A DNA stretch of 64,000 nt from Cyanobacteria bacterium auto_48_18 (GTDB lineage: Bacteria; Cyanobacteriota; Vampirovibrionia; Obscuribacterales; Obscuribacteraceae). The stretch spans positions 191,420 through 255,419 of the forward strand of contig JAVHQC010000022.1 in the NCBI GenBank assembly GCA_036170915.1, read 5' to 3'. Positions 1-9,901 of this stretch are shown here, piece by piece (positions within the stretch are counted from its first letter, which is position 1; every line of letters begins with the position of its first letter). The position numbers were made by a program, and so were the translations under genes. Under the pieces are notes generated by a model. The model had not been told where the DNA came from. It did no database searches and saw only the letters and a program-made list of their open reading frames with translations.

Positions 1-135
1 GTTGACACAACTAAGGTTCCTGTTGACACGACTAAAGTTCCGGTTGACACCACCAAGGTTCCTGTTGACACGACTAAAGTTCCGGTTGACACCACCAAGG
101 TTCCGGTTGATACCACTAAAGCTCCGGTTGACACC
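1..135 (+). repeat. 21-bp coding tandem repeat (~6 copies)
   Basis: gttgacacNacNaaRgttccN units with synonymous third-position variation. Confidence 0.9.
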
Positions 136-366
136 AAAGCTTCTGTGGATGCCAACAAAGTTGAGACCAGCATTCTCAGCAGCAAAGACAACGTGAATCC
201 TGAAGATGACGCTTACGTTGCTTCTGTAAGTGCTACAAACCAAAGCATCGCTCGGGATAAAGCTAATCGCGACAGAATTGCCCGCGAGAAGGCCGACAGA
301 GAAAGATTGGCCAAGTCTAGCTCTCAGGCTGAAAAACCTGACTTCGAAAACTTTGTAGTCAGCTAG
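1..366 (+). CDS. 3' part of a hypothetical protein with VDTTKVP heptapeptide repeats (5'-truncated by window)
   Basis: Frame 1 is open from base 1 to TAG at 364-366 and reads VDTTKVP x5, VDTTKAP, VDTKAS..., continuing into the 145..366 ORF; followed by a terminator. Confidence 0.75.
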   Translation, partial: VDTTKVPVDTTKVPVDTTKVPVDTTKVPVDTTKVPVDTTKAPVDTKASVDANKVETSILSSKDNVNPEDDAYVASVSATNQSIARDKANRDRIAREKADRERLAKSSSQAEKPDFENFVVS

Positions 367-391
367 TTCGGTCAATCACCTGGATAATCTT

Positions 392-418
392 AAAGAGGAC
401 GCCCGGCGTCCTCTTTTT
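392..418 (+). terminator. Intrinsic terminator
   Basis: aaagaggacgc-ccg-gcgtcctcttttt hairpin plus T tract. Confidence 0.75.
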
Positions 419-451
419 GCGCGCGGATAATTTAAATTTTGGCGCTAAGAT

Positions 452-1526
<1,075 letters not shown>

Positions 1527-1533
1527 CGTGGTG

Positions 1534-1561
1534 AAAAAATACCTCCGGAGGTATTTTTTTT
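1534..1561. terminator. Perfect palindrome / probable bidirectional terminator
   Basis: aaaaaatacctcc|ggaggtatttttt between convergent genes; same core at 25477-25504. Confidence 0.65.
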
Positions 1562-1564
1562 GAA

Positions 1565-2830
1565 TTACTTAGTCGGGGCGATAGTGACTTTTATGGCTTG
1601 TGGACGATAAATATCACCATTGGTCAAACGCGAGAATTGGCTGCTGTTTGTGCAATAGGTCAGCACTATTTCCCCCTTACTCTTCGTGTATTGAGCATGG
1701 GCTTTAGCACTATAGTAAAATAGACCTGGTTGATTTTTGATCTGATAGATAGACACTCTGTCTGACCATGGCCCTTCTGGTTTAGCTGCTTGACGCATCA
1801 TAATTTCTTGTTTGTCCGGGGCAAAGTAGAATGCAAAAAAGCCTGGTAGTCCGCGAATTTTTGTCACCGACATTTCAGAAGCTCCGTCTTCAAAAAGCAT
1901 TTCAGGAAATTCCAAAGTCGGCCGCCACTGATCGCACCACCACTCAGGTTTGCTCAGTTTTTGACTCTCTGCCTTAGCTAATGAAAAGCGGGCCAGGCAA
2001 ATTGGGTGCTTGTATTTATTGAAACTGACACCACCATTGGTGCAGTAAATATAAGCGTATTTATCATCAGTGGAGCAGGCAGCTGCGTATAGTAAACGTT
2101 TGGAGCTGTTTTGAAGTATCTCTGTTTGCCAGCGCCAGCGGTCCGGCGAATCTTGTGGATTCAAGACAGTAATCAAATGATCTGTGCGTAAATCAAACTG
2201 AAATGGAGCGGCCAATTTACGGTCAGTGCGCACCACGTGCAGGTACAGGTACAACTTGCCACCAGCCATAAAGCCGTGACCCGGCCAGTAATAATCTAGA
2301 GGGTCAAGACATTGAAAAAAACCTTGTTCGTTGATCTTGCCTGATTTGCTTTTTTGCTGGCTCCAGTAATAAGTAAATTTACCGGGAGTGTCGCCGGTTC
2401 TTTCTTCGATGGCCAAAGCATTGTGCACCATGGTGGAGTCAACTCGTTTGTTGGCCTGCAACAAACCAATAAATGAGTCGCCAAAGAGCCACAGGGTGCG
2501 TTTCGGGCCCAGCTCAATGCTGTAGGCGGCATCTCCACCGGTAAAGTCTTTTTTAGCGCTTGAAGCCTTCTGCATAAACGCATTTGTCAGGGGTGCATAT
2601 GGTTTAGCGGAGGTAGCTTTAAACTGGCAGGGTGGTCGAGTTTTCTTGTTGGTAAAACCGAAATCATTGGCGCTGGCGTGCTCTGTTACTAATGCGTTGA
2701 CGAGCAGCAAAAGACAGAAAGCAAAGACAGCCTGACAGGCTGCCTTTGCTTGGTTGTGTTTGAGAATTGCAATCAACAGAGTGCGCCTAACTGGCCGGAT
2801 TGAAATTGTCTGGTGGCTCCTTTTGCTCAA
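1565..2830 (-). CDS. Exported DUF4185/DUF5005-like (beta-propeller glycosidase-like) protein
   Basis: GGDAAYS, LWLFGDSF, YYWPG, PEGPWS and YSAKAH motifs; hydrophobic N-terminal segment; start uncertain. Confidence 0.65.
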   Translation of the reverse strand: MSKRSHQTISIRPVRRTLLIAILKHNQAKAACQAVFAFCLLLLVNALVTEHASANDFGFTNKKTRPPCQFKATSAKPYAPLTNAFMQKASSAKKDFTGGDAAYSIELGPKRTLWLFGDSFIGLLQANKRVDSTMVHNALAIEERTGDTPGKFTYYWSQQKSKSGKINEQGFFQCLDPLDYYWPGHGFMAGGKLYLYLHVVRTDRKLAAPFQFDLRTDHLITVLNPQDSPDRWRWQTEILQNSSKRLLYAAACSTDDKYAYIYCTNGGVSFNKYKHPICLARFSLAKAESQKLSKPEWWCDQWRPTLEFPEMLFEDGASEMSVTKIRGLPGFFAFYFAPDKQEIMMRQAAKPEGPWSDRVSIYQIKNQPGLFYYSAKAHAQYTKSKGEIVLTYCTNSSQFSRLTNGDIYRPQAIKVTIAPTK

Positions 2831-5800
2831 GATTTAAATCAAGAGTTTTGTTATTTTGGGGGTTTCCGCCTCCAACACCTCCGCCGGCACCCTGCCCTAA
2901 TTGGGTCAATCCGGGTAAGAATTCTAGATTGACTATGGGCGCGGTACCAACTAACTTGCGTTCAGACAAGGTATCAAGCTCTTTATTGATTTGCTCGTCG
3001 GTTTTACCCGGTTCGAGAATGTGCACCAGGTCTTTATAGAACAAGGTCTCCTTTTCTACCAGTGCGTGGGCGATAAGGTCGAGTTCTTTGCGTTTTTCTT
3101 TAAGCAAGTTACGCACATTCTCCAGACAACCATCCACAACTTCTTTGATTTCCAATTCAAGTTCGCGCTCGGTTGTGCCTGAAGCAGACCGCCCCTGCAC
3201 ACCGAAGGCCGTTCCCGTATTCAACGCGAATGAGCCCATACCCCAATCTTTGATCATACGGCGAGCAATATTACCGACATTAACCAAATCTTGAGAGACA
3301 CCGCTGGTGGTGGTGTCCATATACAGACTTTCCGCCACATAACCTCCCAGTGATACTTCTATATCTACCAGGTAATCTTGCTTGTTGGCCCCTGACACGA
3401 AGCGATCTTCCTTTTCCACCGACCACATATAACCAAGTGCTTGTCCGGTTGGCACGATTGTCACAACCTGGACGCGCTCTTTGCGATTGCGGAAGTAAGA
3501 AACAATAGTGTGACCGGCTTCGTGATAAGCGGTCTCAAACAACTCTTTCACGCCGATATGCTGACTGCGGCTCATGCCGAAGCTCACTCTTTGAATAGCG
3601 CGAATCATGTCTGAATGTGTAATTTCGATTCGCCCTTCGCGAATGGCAAATAATCCTGCTTCGTTAACGATATTAGCAAGATCGGCACCAGCCTGCAGGA
3701 AAGTCATGCGGGCAATTTCCATCACTTGCACGCTTGGCGAAACTTTGAATTTCTCCAGATATTTTTTCAGAATGGCTTCGCGACCTTCAAGATTCGGCAG
3801 CGGCACATCAATGTGTCTATCGAACCTGCCTGGCCTTAGGAGGGCCGGATCAAGCATATGCATGCTGTTGGTGGCACCAATGGTGAGAATGCTGTGTTTG
3901 CCGAAACCATCCAACTCAACCAATAGTGAATTGAGCGTTTTATTGGAATCTTGCACAGCACCGCCACCACGCTCGACACCACGCGTGCTGCCAATGGCAT
4001 CAATTTCGTCAATAAAGACGATGCCTGGTTTGCCGCTCCGTCTGGCTCGTTCGTAGACAGCTTTAACGCGGTTTGACCCTACGCCTGCCCACATTGATTG
4101 GAAGTCGGCGCCGGAGAGCGAGTAGAAGGCCACTCCAGCTTCATTAGCAATGGCTTTTGCCAACATTGTCTTACCGGTTCCGGGAGGGCCAACCAACAGA
4201 ATTCCTTTGGTTGGTTTAAGGCCAAATTTTTCTACTGCTTTCATATTCTTGAGCAAAGCAACAACTTCGGCTGCTTCAGCTTTGGCTTCTTCGACTCCTT
4301 TAAGGTCGTCTAGTTTGACTTCTAAATCAGGTACACGCGACAAATTCATGCCGCCTACATTTAATTTGTGTCCGGCTGTAATCATCACTTTGTCGATAGC
4401 TTCTTCAAGTTCCTCTTCAGTAACCTGGCTCTTTCCTTTGCGCACGGCCAGGATGGCCGCTTCGTTACAAGCCGCTGAAATATCGGCACCAGAAAAATTG
4501 AATGAGAGCTTTCCTAATTTAGCTAAGTCAGGAACTGAAGCGAGGCTGATCTTTTTCAAATATTTGTCGAAGATCAATCCGCGTGAATGCGCGTCTGGAA
4601 TACCAATGAAGACTTTGCGATCGAACCTTCCTGACCGGTAGAAGGCCGGGTCAAAATCATCTTGCATATTGGTGGCGCCAATGGTGATGACGTTGCTGCG
4701 GCCCAGACCATCCAGTTCAACTAAAAGCTGATTCAGTGCTCCGCTTCTTGCTGTACCAAGTGGATCTGAACTACCGTCAATGTTTCTTGGTGAGCCAATG
4801 GCGTCAATTTCATCAATGAAAACAATGGCTGCAGGGCTTTGTCTAGCCTGAGTATAAAGAGCCCTGATGCGGGCCGCACCGGAACCAATATTATTCAATT
4901 GACTGGCTGATAGGCCGTAGAAAGGCACTCCTGCCTCATTGGCAATGGCTTTCGCCAGCATAGATTTACCTACGCCCGGTGGCCCCACCATGAGTACACC
5001 TTTGGGAATTTTTGCACCGATTTTGCGAAGTTCGTCGCCGCGTCTGAGAAAATCGACAATCTCAACTACTTCTTGCTTGATGTCATCGATACCGATGATG
5101 TCGGTGAATTTAATTGAGGGATCGTGACTGACCAGTTCCACACCAGAATTGGTCAATGATCTTTCTAGGCCCACTGAGACTCGATCTAAAGCTTGCAAGA
5201 TCATGTCAGTTGTGACTTTATTAGGGTTTCCTGGGCGTCTGGAAATCAGCGCTGCTTCATTTACCACATTGGCAATTTCAGCCGGTGAGTAATTAGCGGT
5301 GAGCATTGTAATCTGGTCATAGTCAATTTCTGAGTCGGCCGCAACTTTACCCAGATAATACCTAAACAGTTCGGTTCTTTCTTCAGGCGTCGGCATCTGG
5401 AAGTAAATGCGCCTGTCCATGCGGCCCGCACGCATAAGCGCTGGGTCTAGCATGGAATCATTATTGGTGGCACCGATAACCATGATTTTAGAACCGCTGA
5501 AGCCGTCCATTTCTGTAAGCAGACAGTTGAGCGTCATGTTCATATCTGAAACGCCACCAAACCCCTGGTCTTGTGAGCGTTTTGATCCCATTGACTCAAT
5601 TTCGTCAATAAATAAGATGGCACGGTCGTGTTGCTTTAACTTGCGGAAAAGGGTCTTCAGTTTAAGCACACCAAGGCCCATGAAAATTCCGGCCACGCCG
5701 CCGCCATCAATGACGTAGAATGGCACACCAGCTTCGTTTGCAATGGCTCTGGCGAAGAGCGTTTTACCAACGCCGGGTGGTCCAATGAAAATCATTCCTT

Positions 5801-6203
5801 TCGGAACCTGCGCACCAGAATCCTGATAATGTTGAGACTTTTGAATGATGTCGATAACTTCGCGAATTTCTTGCTTCGCCTTGTCGTTGCCGGTCATTTC
5901 TTCAAGAGTTTTAGGAGCATTAGGGCTTATTGGCGAATCTTTGAAGAGCCACTTAAACCAGCGCTTCCAAATACTTTTCGGTGCCTTGCTGTCTGCTCGC
6001 GGAGGTAGAGGAAAAATTACAGAAAGCATCAAGTAGAACTGAATGATGATGAAGAAGGCACCGTAAAGAACGGCCACCACCAACGTTATCACCGAGTATT
6101 TGAGAAATGCCGGAAGAGATGCAAACGGATTCCAGTATTGGGCCGTGAGAATTAAGCCAACAGTCCAGAGTATAAATAGGGTCCAACGAGCCCAATTTTT
6201 CAT
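2787..6203 (-). CDS. FtsH-like membrane zinc metalloprotease with three tandem AAA+ domains
   Basis: 2 N-terminal TM segments; Walker A GPPGVGKT/GPPGVGKS/GPPGTGKT; three FIDEI Walker B motifs; three SRH RxGRxDR; HEAGH and SGVSQDL in a C-terminal M41 domain. Confidence 0.92.
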   Translation of the reverse strand: MKNWARWTLFILWTVGLILTAQYWNPFASLPAFLKYSVITLVVAVLYGAFFIIIQFYLMLSVIFPLPPRADSKAPKSIWKRWFKWLFKDSPISPNAPKTLEEMTGNDKAKQEIREVIDIIQKSQHYQDSGAQVPKGMIFIGPPGVGKTLFARAIANEAGVPFYVIDGGGVAGIFMGLGVLKLKTLFRKLKQHDRAILFIDEIESMGSKRSQDQGFGGVSDMNMTLNCLLTEMDGFSGSKIMVIGATNNDSMLDPALMRAGRMDRRIYFQMPTPEERTELFRYYLGKVAADSEIDYDQITMLTANYSPAEIANVVNEAALISRRPGNPNKVTTDMILQALDRVSVGLERSLTNSGVELVSHDPSIKFTDIIGIDDIKQEVVEIVDFLRRGDELRKIGAKIPKGVLMVGPPGVGKSMLAKAIANEAGVPFYGLSASQLNNIGSGAARIRALYTQARQSPAAIVFIDEIDAIGSPRNIDGSSDPLGTARSGALNQLLVELDGLGRSNVITIGATNMQDDFDPAFYRSGRFDRKVFIGIPDAHSRGLIFDKYLKKISLASVPDLAKLGKLSFNFSGADISAACNEAAILAVRKGKSQVTEEELEEAIDKVMITAGHKLNVGGMNLSRVPDLEVKLDDLKGVEEAKAEAAEVVALLKNMKAVEKFGLKPTKGILLVGPPGTGKTMLAKAIANEAGVAFYSLSGADFQSMWAGVGSNRVKAVYERARRSGKPGIVFIDEIDAIGSTRGVERGGGAVQDSNKTLNSLLVELDGFGKHSILTIGATNSMHMLDPALLRPGRFDRHIDVPLPNLEGREAILKKYLEKFKVSPSVQVMEIARMTFLQAGADLANIVNEAGLFAIREGRIEITHSDMIRAIQRVSFGMSRSQHIGVKELFETAYHEAGHTIVSYFRNRKERVQVVTIVPTGQALGYMWSVEKEDRFVSGANKQDYLVDIEVSLGGYVAESLYMDTTTSGVSQDLVNVGNIARRMIKDWGMGSFALNTGTAFGVQGRSASGTTERELELEIKEVVDGCLENVRNLLKEKRKELDLIAHALVEKETLFYKDLVHILEPGKTDEQINKELDTLSERKLVGTAPIVNLEFLPGLTQLGQGAGGGVGGGNPQNNKTLDLNLEQKEPPDNFNPAS

Positions 6204-6218
6204 GATTCTTCCCTACTC

Positions 6219-6470
6219 CTATTCGTTGCCGAAACCATCGGCATCTCTATTTTCATTTTTGTTGTTAACATCAACCATGTATCTATATTTGCGAAACGCT
6301 CCAGTCACCTTAACTTCTGGAATCAGGCCTTCACGCCTCTTCCAAACGCCTAATGAAGTGGCTTTGACGTCAGCAAGTCCTACAGGAATTGGGCTCGCAG
6401 GCCCCTGGTAGTTGACGAAGGTGGCCGACATAATCATGGCTACAAAGAAAGCAATGGCGTACTTAAGCAT
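6219..6470 (-). CDS. Small membrane-anchored/exported hypothetical protein
   Basis: 83 aa, hydrophobic N-terminus, 10-nt and 15-nt gaps to neighbours. Confidence 0.65.
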   Translation of the reverse strand: MLKYAIAFFVAMIMSATFVNYQGPASPIPVGLADVKATSLGVWKRREGLIPEVKVTGAFRKYRYMVDVNNKNENRDADGFGNE

Positions 6471-6480
6471 GGCTTTATCC

Positions 6481-6939
6481 TTAATCCAACGGCATGTCTA
6501 GTTCGCGTTTGATCCACTTTGTCAGGTCAGGCTGCGACATTTCACCTTTTACGCCATTAATAGCTTTGCCTTCTTTGAAGAGCACAAAACCAGGCACACC
6601 CTGTACATCGTAGCGCTCTACCAATGCCTGGTTGGTGTCGACATTCACTTTGACAACACGCACGTAACCTTGACTGTCAGTAGCCAGTTTGCTAACGATC
6701 GGTTTCATGGTTAGACAATGGGCATCGTTTTCTTTGTAAAACTCCACCATCACCGGTGTGTTGGAGTCGAGCACTTCGCCCTGAAAAGTGCCGGCATTAA
6801 CTTCCGTGACCGCGTCTGGTGCCGGTGCATTGGCAAATGTCCAACCGGTTGGTGACACCAGCGGATTGCCGCCCTCGTTGCCTGCCAGCACACAGCTAAC
6901 AAGCAGCGCGATGATAAATCCAATGACCGCTTCCTTCAT
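6481..6939 (-). CDS. Membrane-anchored/exported thioredoxin-like protein with atypical DAHC site
   Basis: PVMVEFY...DAHC, VKVNVD, cis-Pro VQGVP, FKEG; N-terminal hydrophobic helix. Confidence 0.85.
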   Translation of the reverse strand: MKEAVIGFIIALLVSCVLAGNEGGNPLVSPTGWTFANAPAPDAVTEVNAGTFQGEVLDSNTPVMVEFYKENDAHCLTMKPIVSKLATDSQGYVRVVKVNVDTNQALVERYDVQGVPGFVLFKEGKAINGVKGEMSQPDLTKWIKRELDMPLD

Positions 6940-7195
6940 TCCTAGCCTCGTTTCTTGCCTAGACTCGTTGCTTCCTCAATGAGGTTGCCCTTTAGACCGC
7001 AGTCTACATATATATTGGCATAGCCTTAGAAGTTTTACACATTCCCATTACGGAATCACAATAAGTGATTACCCTGATCTTTGCTTGAAAAGCTTGAGCG
7101 ATATCGCTCAAGCTTTTCCGCAGACTTTATCTGTAAAGCAAAACCGGATGAGCCATAGCTCACCCGGTCAAGATTTCTAGAGCTAAGCCTTGAGC

Positions 7196-7741
7196 TTATT
7201 TGCCTCTTTCTGGAATGGCCACGGCGTCGATGATGTGAATCACACCATTGTCGCAAGGCACATCGGCTGTTGTGACGATACAACCGTCTACAACAACTGT
7301 TCCTGATTTGTTGACAATCATCAAAGACTCACCTTGCAAGGTGGCCAAAGAGCTTTTGTTGGCCAGGTCAGCAGCAGTGTATTTGCCTTTGACGACGTGA
7401 TACTTGAGCACATCTTTAAGACGCTTAGGGTCATTCATCAAACCTTCACGGTTTTCTTTGTTCATTTTGGCCCAACCAGCATTGCTTGGAGCAAATACTG
7501 TGATTGGTCCGCGAATGCGCAGCATGCCTACGGCGTTGGCTTTTTTCAAAGCTTGAACGGTTGTTGAACAATCGGCATTTTTTATGGCAACGTCAGCTGC
7601 ATCATTTCTGTGGTGATAGTGATGATGACGATGCTTGGTGCGAGCTGAAGCTTCGGTAGTGGTGCCAACAAGTCCGACTCCGAGCAAGAGCGCTGCGGAA
7701 AGCGCAAGACTCGCTAGATTTCGGCCAGAGTAAAATTGCAT
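7196..7741 (-). CDS. Fasciclin (FAS1) domain protein
   Basis: TVFAPSNA, LKYHVV, NGVIHIIDAV; signal peptide followed by His-rich tract. Confidence 0.9.
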   Translation of the reverse strand: MQFYSGRNLASLALSAALLLGVGLVGTTTEASARTKHRHHHYHHRNDAADVAIKNADCSTTVQALKKANAVGMLRIRGPITVFAPSNAGWAKMNKENREGLMNDPKRLKDVLKYHVVKGKYTAADLANKSSLATLQGESLMIVNKSGTVVVDGCIVTTADVPCDNGVIHIIDAVAIPERGK

Positions 7742-7830
7742 TTGCTTCTCCTTTCAAATCCGCCGGGAAGAACTCGCCGACTGATGTATCTCTATAAAAT
7801 GTGAACGGGCTCTTTTAGATACCCATCGCT

Positions 7831-8151
7831 CTATACGTGTTGCTCGATGGCCTTGGCAAGAGTCGATTTCGGCACTGCGCCTACAACCTCCTCGCAAACC
7901 TGTCCGGCTTTAAACAGGAAAAGGCTTGGAATGCCACGAATTTTGTATGCATGGGCGGTTTTGGGGTTTTCGTCTGTATTCAGTTTGACTACTTTGAGTC
8001 TTCCCTCGTACTCCTTTGAAAGGTCCTCAACTACAGGTGCTACGGCCTTGCATGGTCCACACCAGGGAGCCCAGAAGTCGACGAGAACTGGGATATCAGC
8101 TTTCAACACTTCCTGTTCGAAGGTGGAATCGGTAACGTTTGCAACGGACAT
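7831..8151 (-). CDS. trxA: Thioredoxin
   Basis: [18 protein letters not shown]; start moved to ATG 8151 downstream of AGGAGG. Confidence 0.95.
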   Translation of the reverse strand: MSVANVTDSTFEQEVLKADIPVLVDFWAPWCGPCKAVAPVVEDLSKEYEGRLKVVKLNTDENPKTAHAYKIRGIPSLFLFKAGQVCEEVVGAVPKSTLAKAIEQHV

Positions 8152-8416
8152 TTCTAAACAGGACCTCCTCTGAGTCAGAGCACTAAATAGATTTTTGAAG
8201 CTTTGAAGCAATCAAAAAGATTATAGTGACTGTGAAGTAGTTTCCCACATATTGCGAGAATGCCTAGCCCACGAGGCGCTAGTCAAGTGTTCGGAAAAAC
8301 CGTTGATCAGAGCCAAGACCTTAAGCAAATTCAGATTCTCGCGCTGTTTTGGGCTCTTGTAAAAACGAGGTTAGACTTTAGACTAATGATCAGTTCAGGA
8401 AAATCCTGAGGGTTAA

Positions 8417-9901
8417 GTGAATCTTCTCGACCGCATCTTATATAAATGGCTCTTCCGCAGTTTGGCTAACCAGCTGCTTATCACTTATCTCATTGTCATT
8501 ACCTTCGCGCTGGCGGCCGTGAGCTTCTGGGCACTGGTAGCAATTCGCAAAGAGTCCTTGACCGACCTGCAGAATACTCTTGAGGTAGAAGCAGTTAACC
8601 TCGGCCTTGAGATTGACAACGACCTTGACCTCGATTCGCCCAAGTCGAGATTGCGCATTCAATCAGCAGTAGATAGACGTGCCACCAGACTTGGTGTCGC
8701 TATTGTTGTGGTTGATTCTGACGGACGTCTCCTTGCTGATTCATCTGAACCACGTCCGCAGGAGAATCTGGCTAAGGAGCAGGAAATCAATGAAGCCCTT
8801 GCCGGAGTAATTTCTAAATCAACTAGAAGTGACCCAGAAAGTTTGAAAAACTGGATGTATGTTGCTTGCCCAGTGCGCTCATCAGGTACAACCACAGGGG
8901 TTATTCGCGTGGGCGTGCCGCTGACCGACATTGAGCGCAGGCTTAAAAAAGATCTTTTTGTTTTTCTCGAAATTATTTTCGCCACAGGGGTAGTTACGGT
9001 ACTTATCAGTCTCTGGTTGGCCAAGCGTGTCAACCGACCATTGATTGAAATGAGTGCTCTCGCTAAACAAATTTCGATTTCAGGCGATTTCTCGGCCTTC
9101 CTGCCGGTCAGACGCCAAGACGAAATCGGTGAGCTCTGCCTTTCATTCAACCAAATGATTGGCCGCCTGCGAGAGCAAGAGCGAGTGCGCCAGGAGTTTA
9201 TCTCTAACGCTTCGCACGAGCTGAAAACACCAACCATGGCAATTGGCTCTGTGGTGGAAGCGCTGCAGGCCGGAGCGGCTGAAGATCCTAAACTGCGCCA
9301 TCAGTTTCTTGGATCGCTCGAGCGGCTAGTGGACAGGCAGACTAGTTTGATTCAGGACTTACTGGATATTTCCAAGCTCGACAGTGGTGGCGAAACCGGC
9401 TGGCAGGAAGATGTGAATATGGCTCAATTGGTGAGCGATTCAGTTGATCAGATCAGACCGCAAGCAGACAAAAAAGAGTTGGCGATCTCAACTCAATTTG
9501 AAGCCACCGGTGCCCAAGATTTGGTGGTCGCAGGCAACAGCAGCCAGTTACAGCGAGCTCTAATCAATATTCTTACCAATGCCGTCAAGTACACTCCAGC
9601 TGGTGGTGCCATTACCATTGCTGTGCGTGCTTTAAGTAGTGAACGTTTAGAAGTTCGTATACAAGACACCGGCAGTGGTATCGATGCATTTGACTTACCT
9701 CACATTTTTGATCGGTTTTATCGCGCTGACAAGGCACGCACAAGAGAGACTGGCGGCACCGGTTTGGGTCTGGCCATCGTGCGCGAAATTGTGGCGCGGC
9801 ATCACGGTACCGTAGAGGTTGAGTCAACAGTCAGTCGGGGTTCCACATTTATAATTTTGCTACCGCTACGTCAGCGAGGTGCAGAAAGTGGAGCCGTCTG
9901 A
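8417..9901 (+). CDS. Membrane sensor histidine kinase (PhoR/WalK-like; HAMP-HisKA-HATPase)
   Basis: 2 TM, HAMP (DEIGEL), NASHELKTP, NAVKYT, DTGSG, FDRFYR, GGTGLGL. Confidence 0.93.
   Translation: MNLLDRILYKWLFRSLANQLLITYLIVITFALAAVSFWALVAIRKESLTDLQNTLEVEAVNLGLEIDNDLDLDSPKSRLRIQSAVDRRATRLGVAIVVVDSDGRLLADSSEPRPQENLAKEQEINEALAGVISKSTRSDPESLKNWMYVACPVRSSGTTTGVIRVGVPLTDIERRLKKDLFVFLEIIFATGVVTVLISLWLAKRVNRPLIEMSALAKQISISGDFSAFLPVRRQDEIGELCLSFNQMIGRLREQERVRQEFISNASHELKTPTMAIGSVVEALQAGAAEDPKLRHQFLGSLERLVDRQTSLIQDLLDISKLDSGGETGWQEDVNMAQLVSDSVDQIRPQADKKELAISTQFEATGAQDLVVAGNSSQLQRALINILTNAVKYTPAGGAITIAVRALSSERLEVRIQDTGSGIDAFDLPHIFDRFYRADKARTRETGGTGLGLAIVREIVARHHGTVEVESTVSRGSTFIILLPLRQRGAESGAV

Noticed and set aside
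1..135. Possible CRISPR array
   Set aside because: Contiguous 21-bp units with no unique spacers, synonymous variation, and no cas genes
2..196. ORF-track 64-aa RFLLTRLK repeat protein
   Set aside because: Shadow frame of the VDTTKVP repeat; the variation is synonymous in frame 1
3607..6036. Multiple 60-160 aa plus-strand ORFs antisense to the protease (and similar shadow ORFs throughout)
   Set aside because: Antisense shadows of well-supported genes, without motifs or RBS
2787..6203. Triple AAA as assembly triplication, or as a Cdc48/p97 homologue
   Set aside because: Modules differ substantially in sequence, and TM anchor plus HEAGH M41 domain indicate the FtsH lineage
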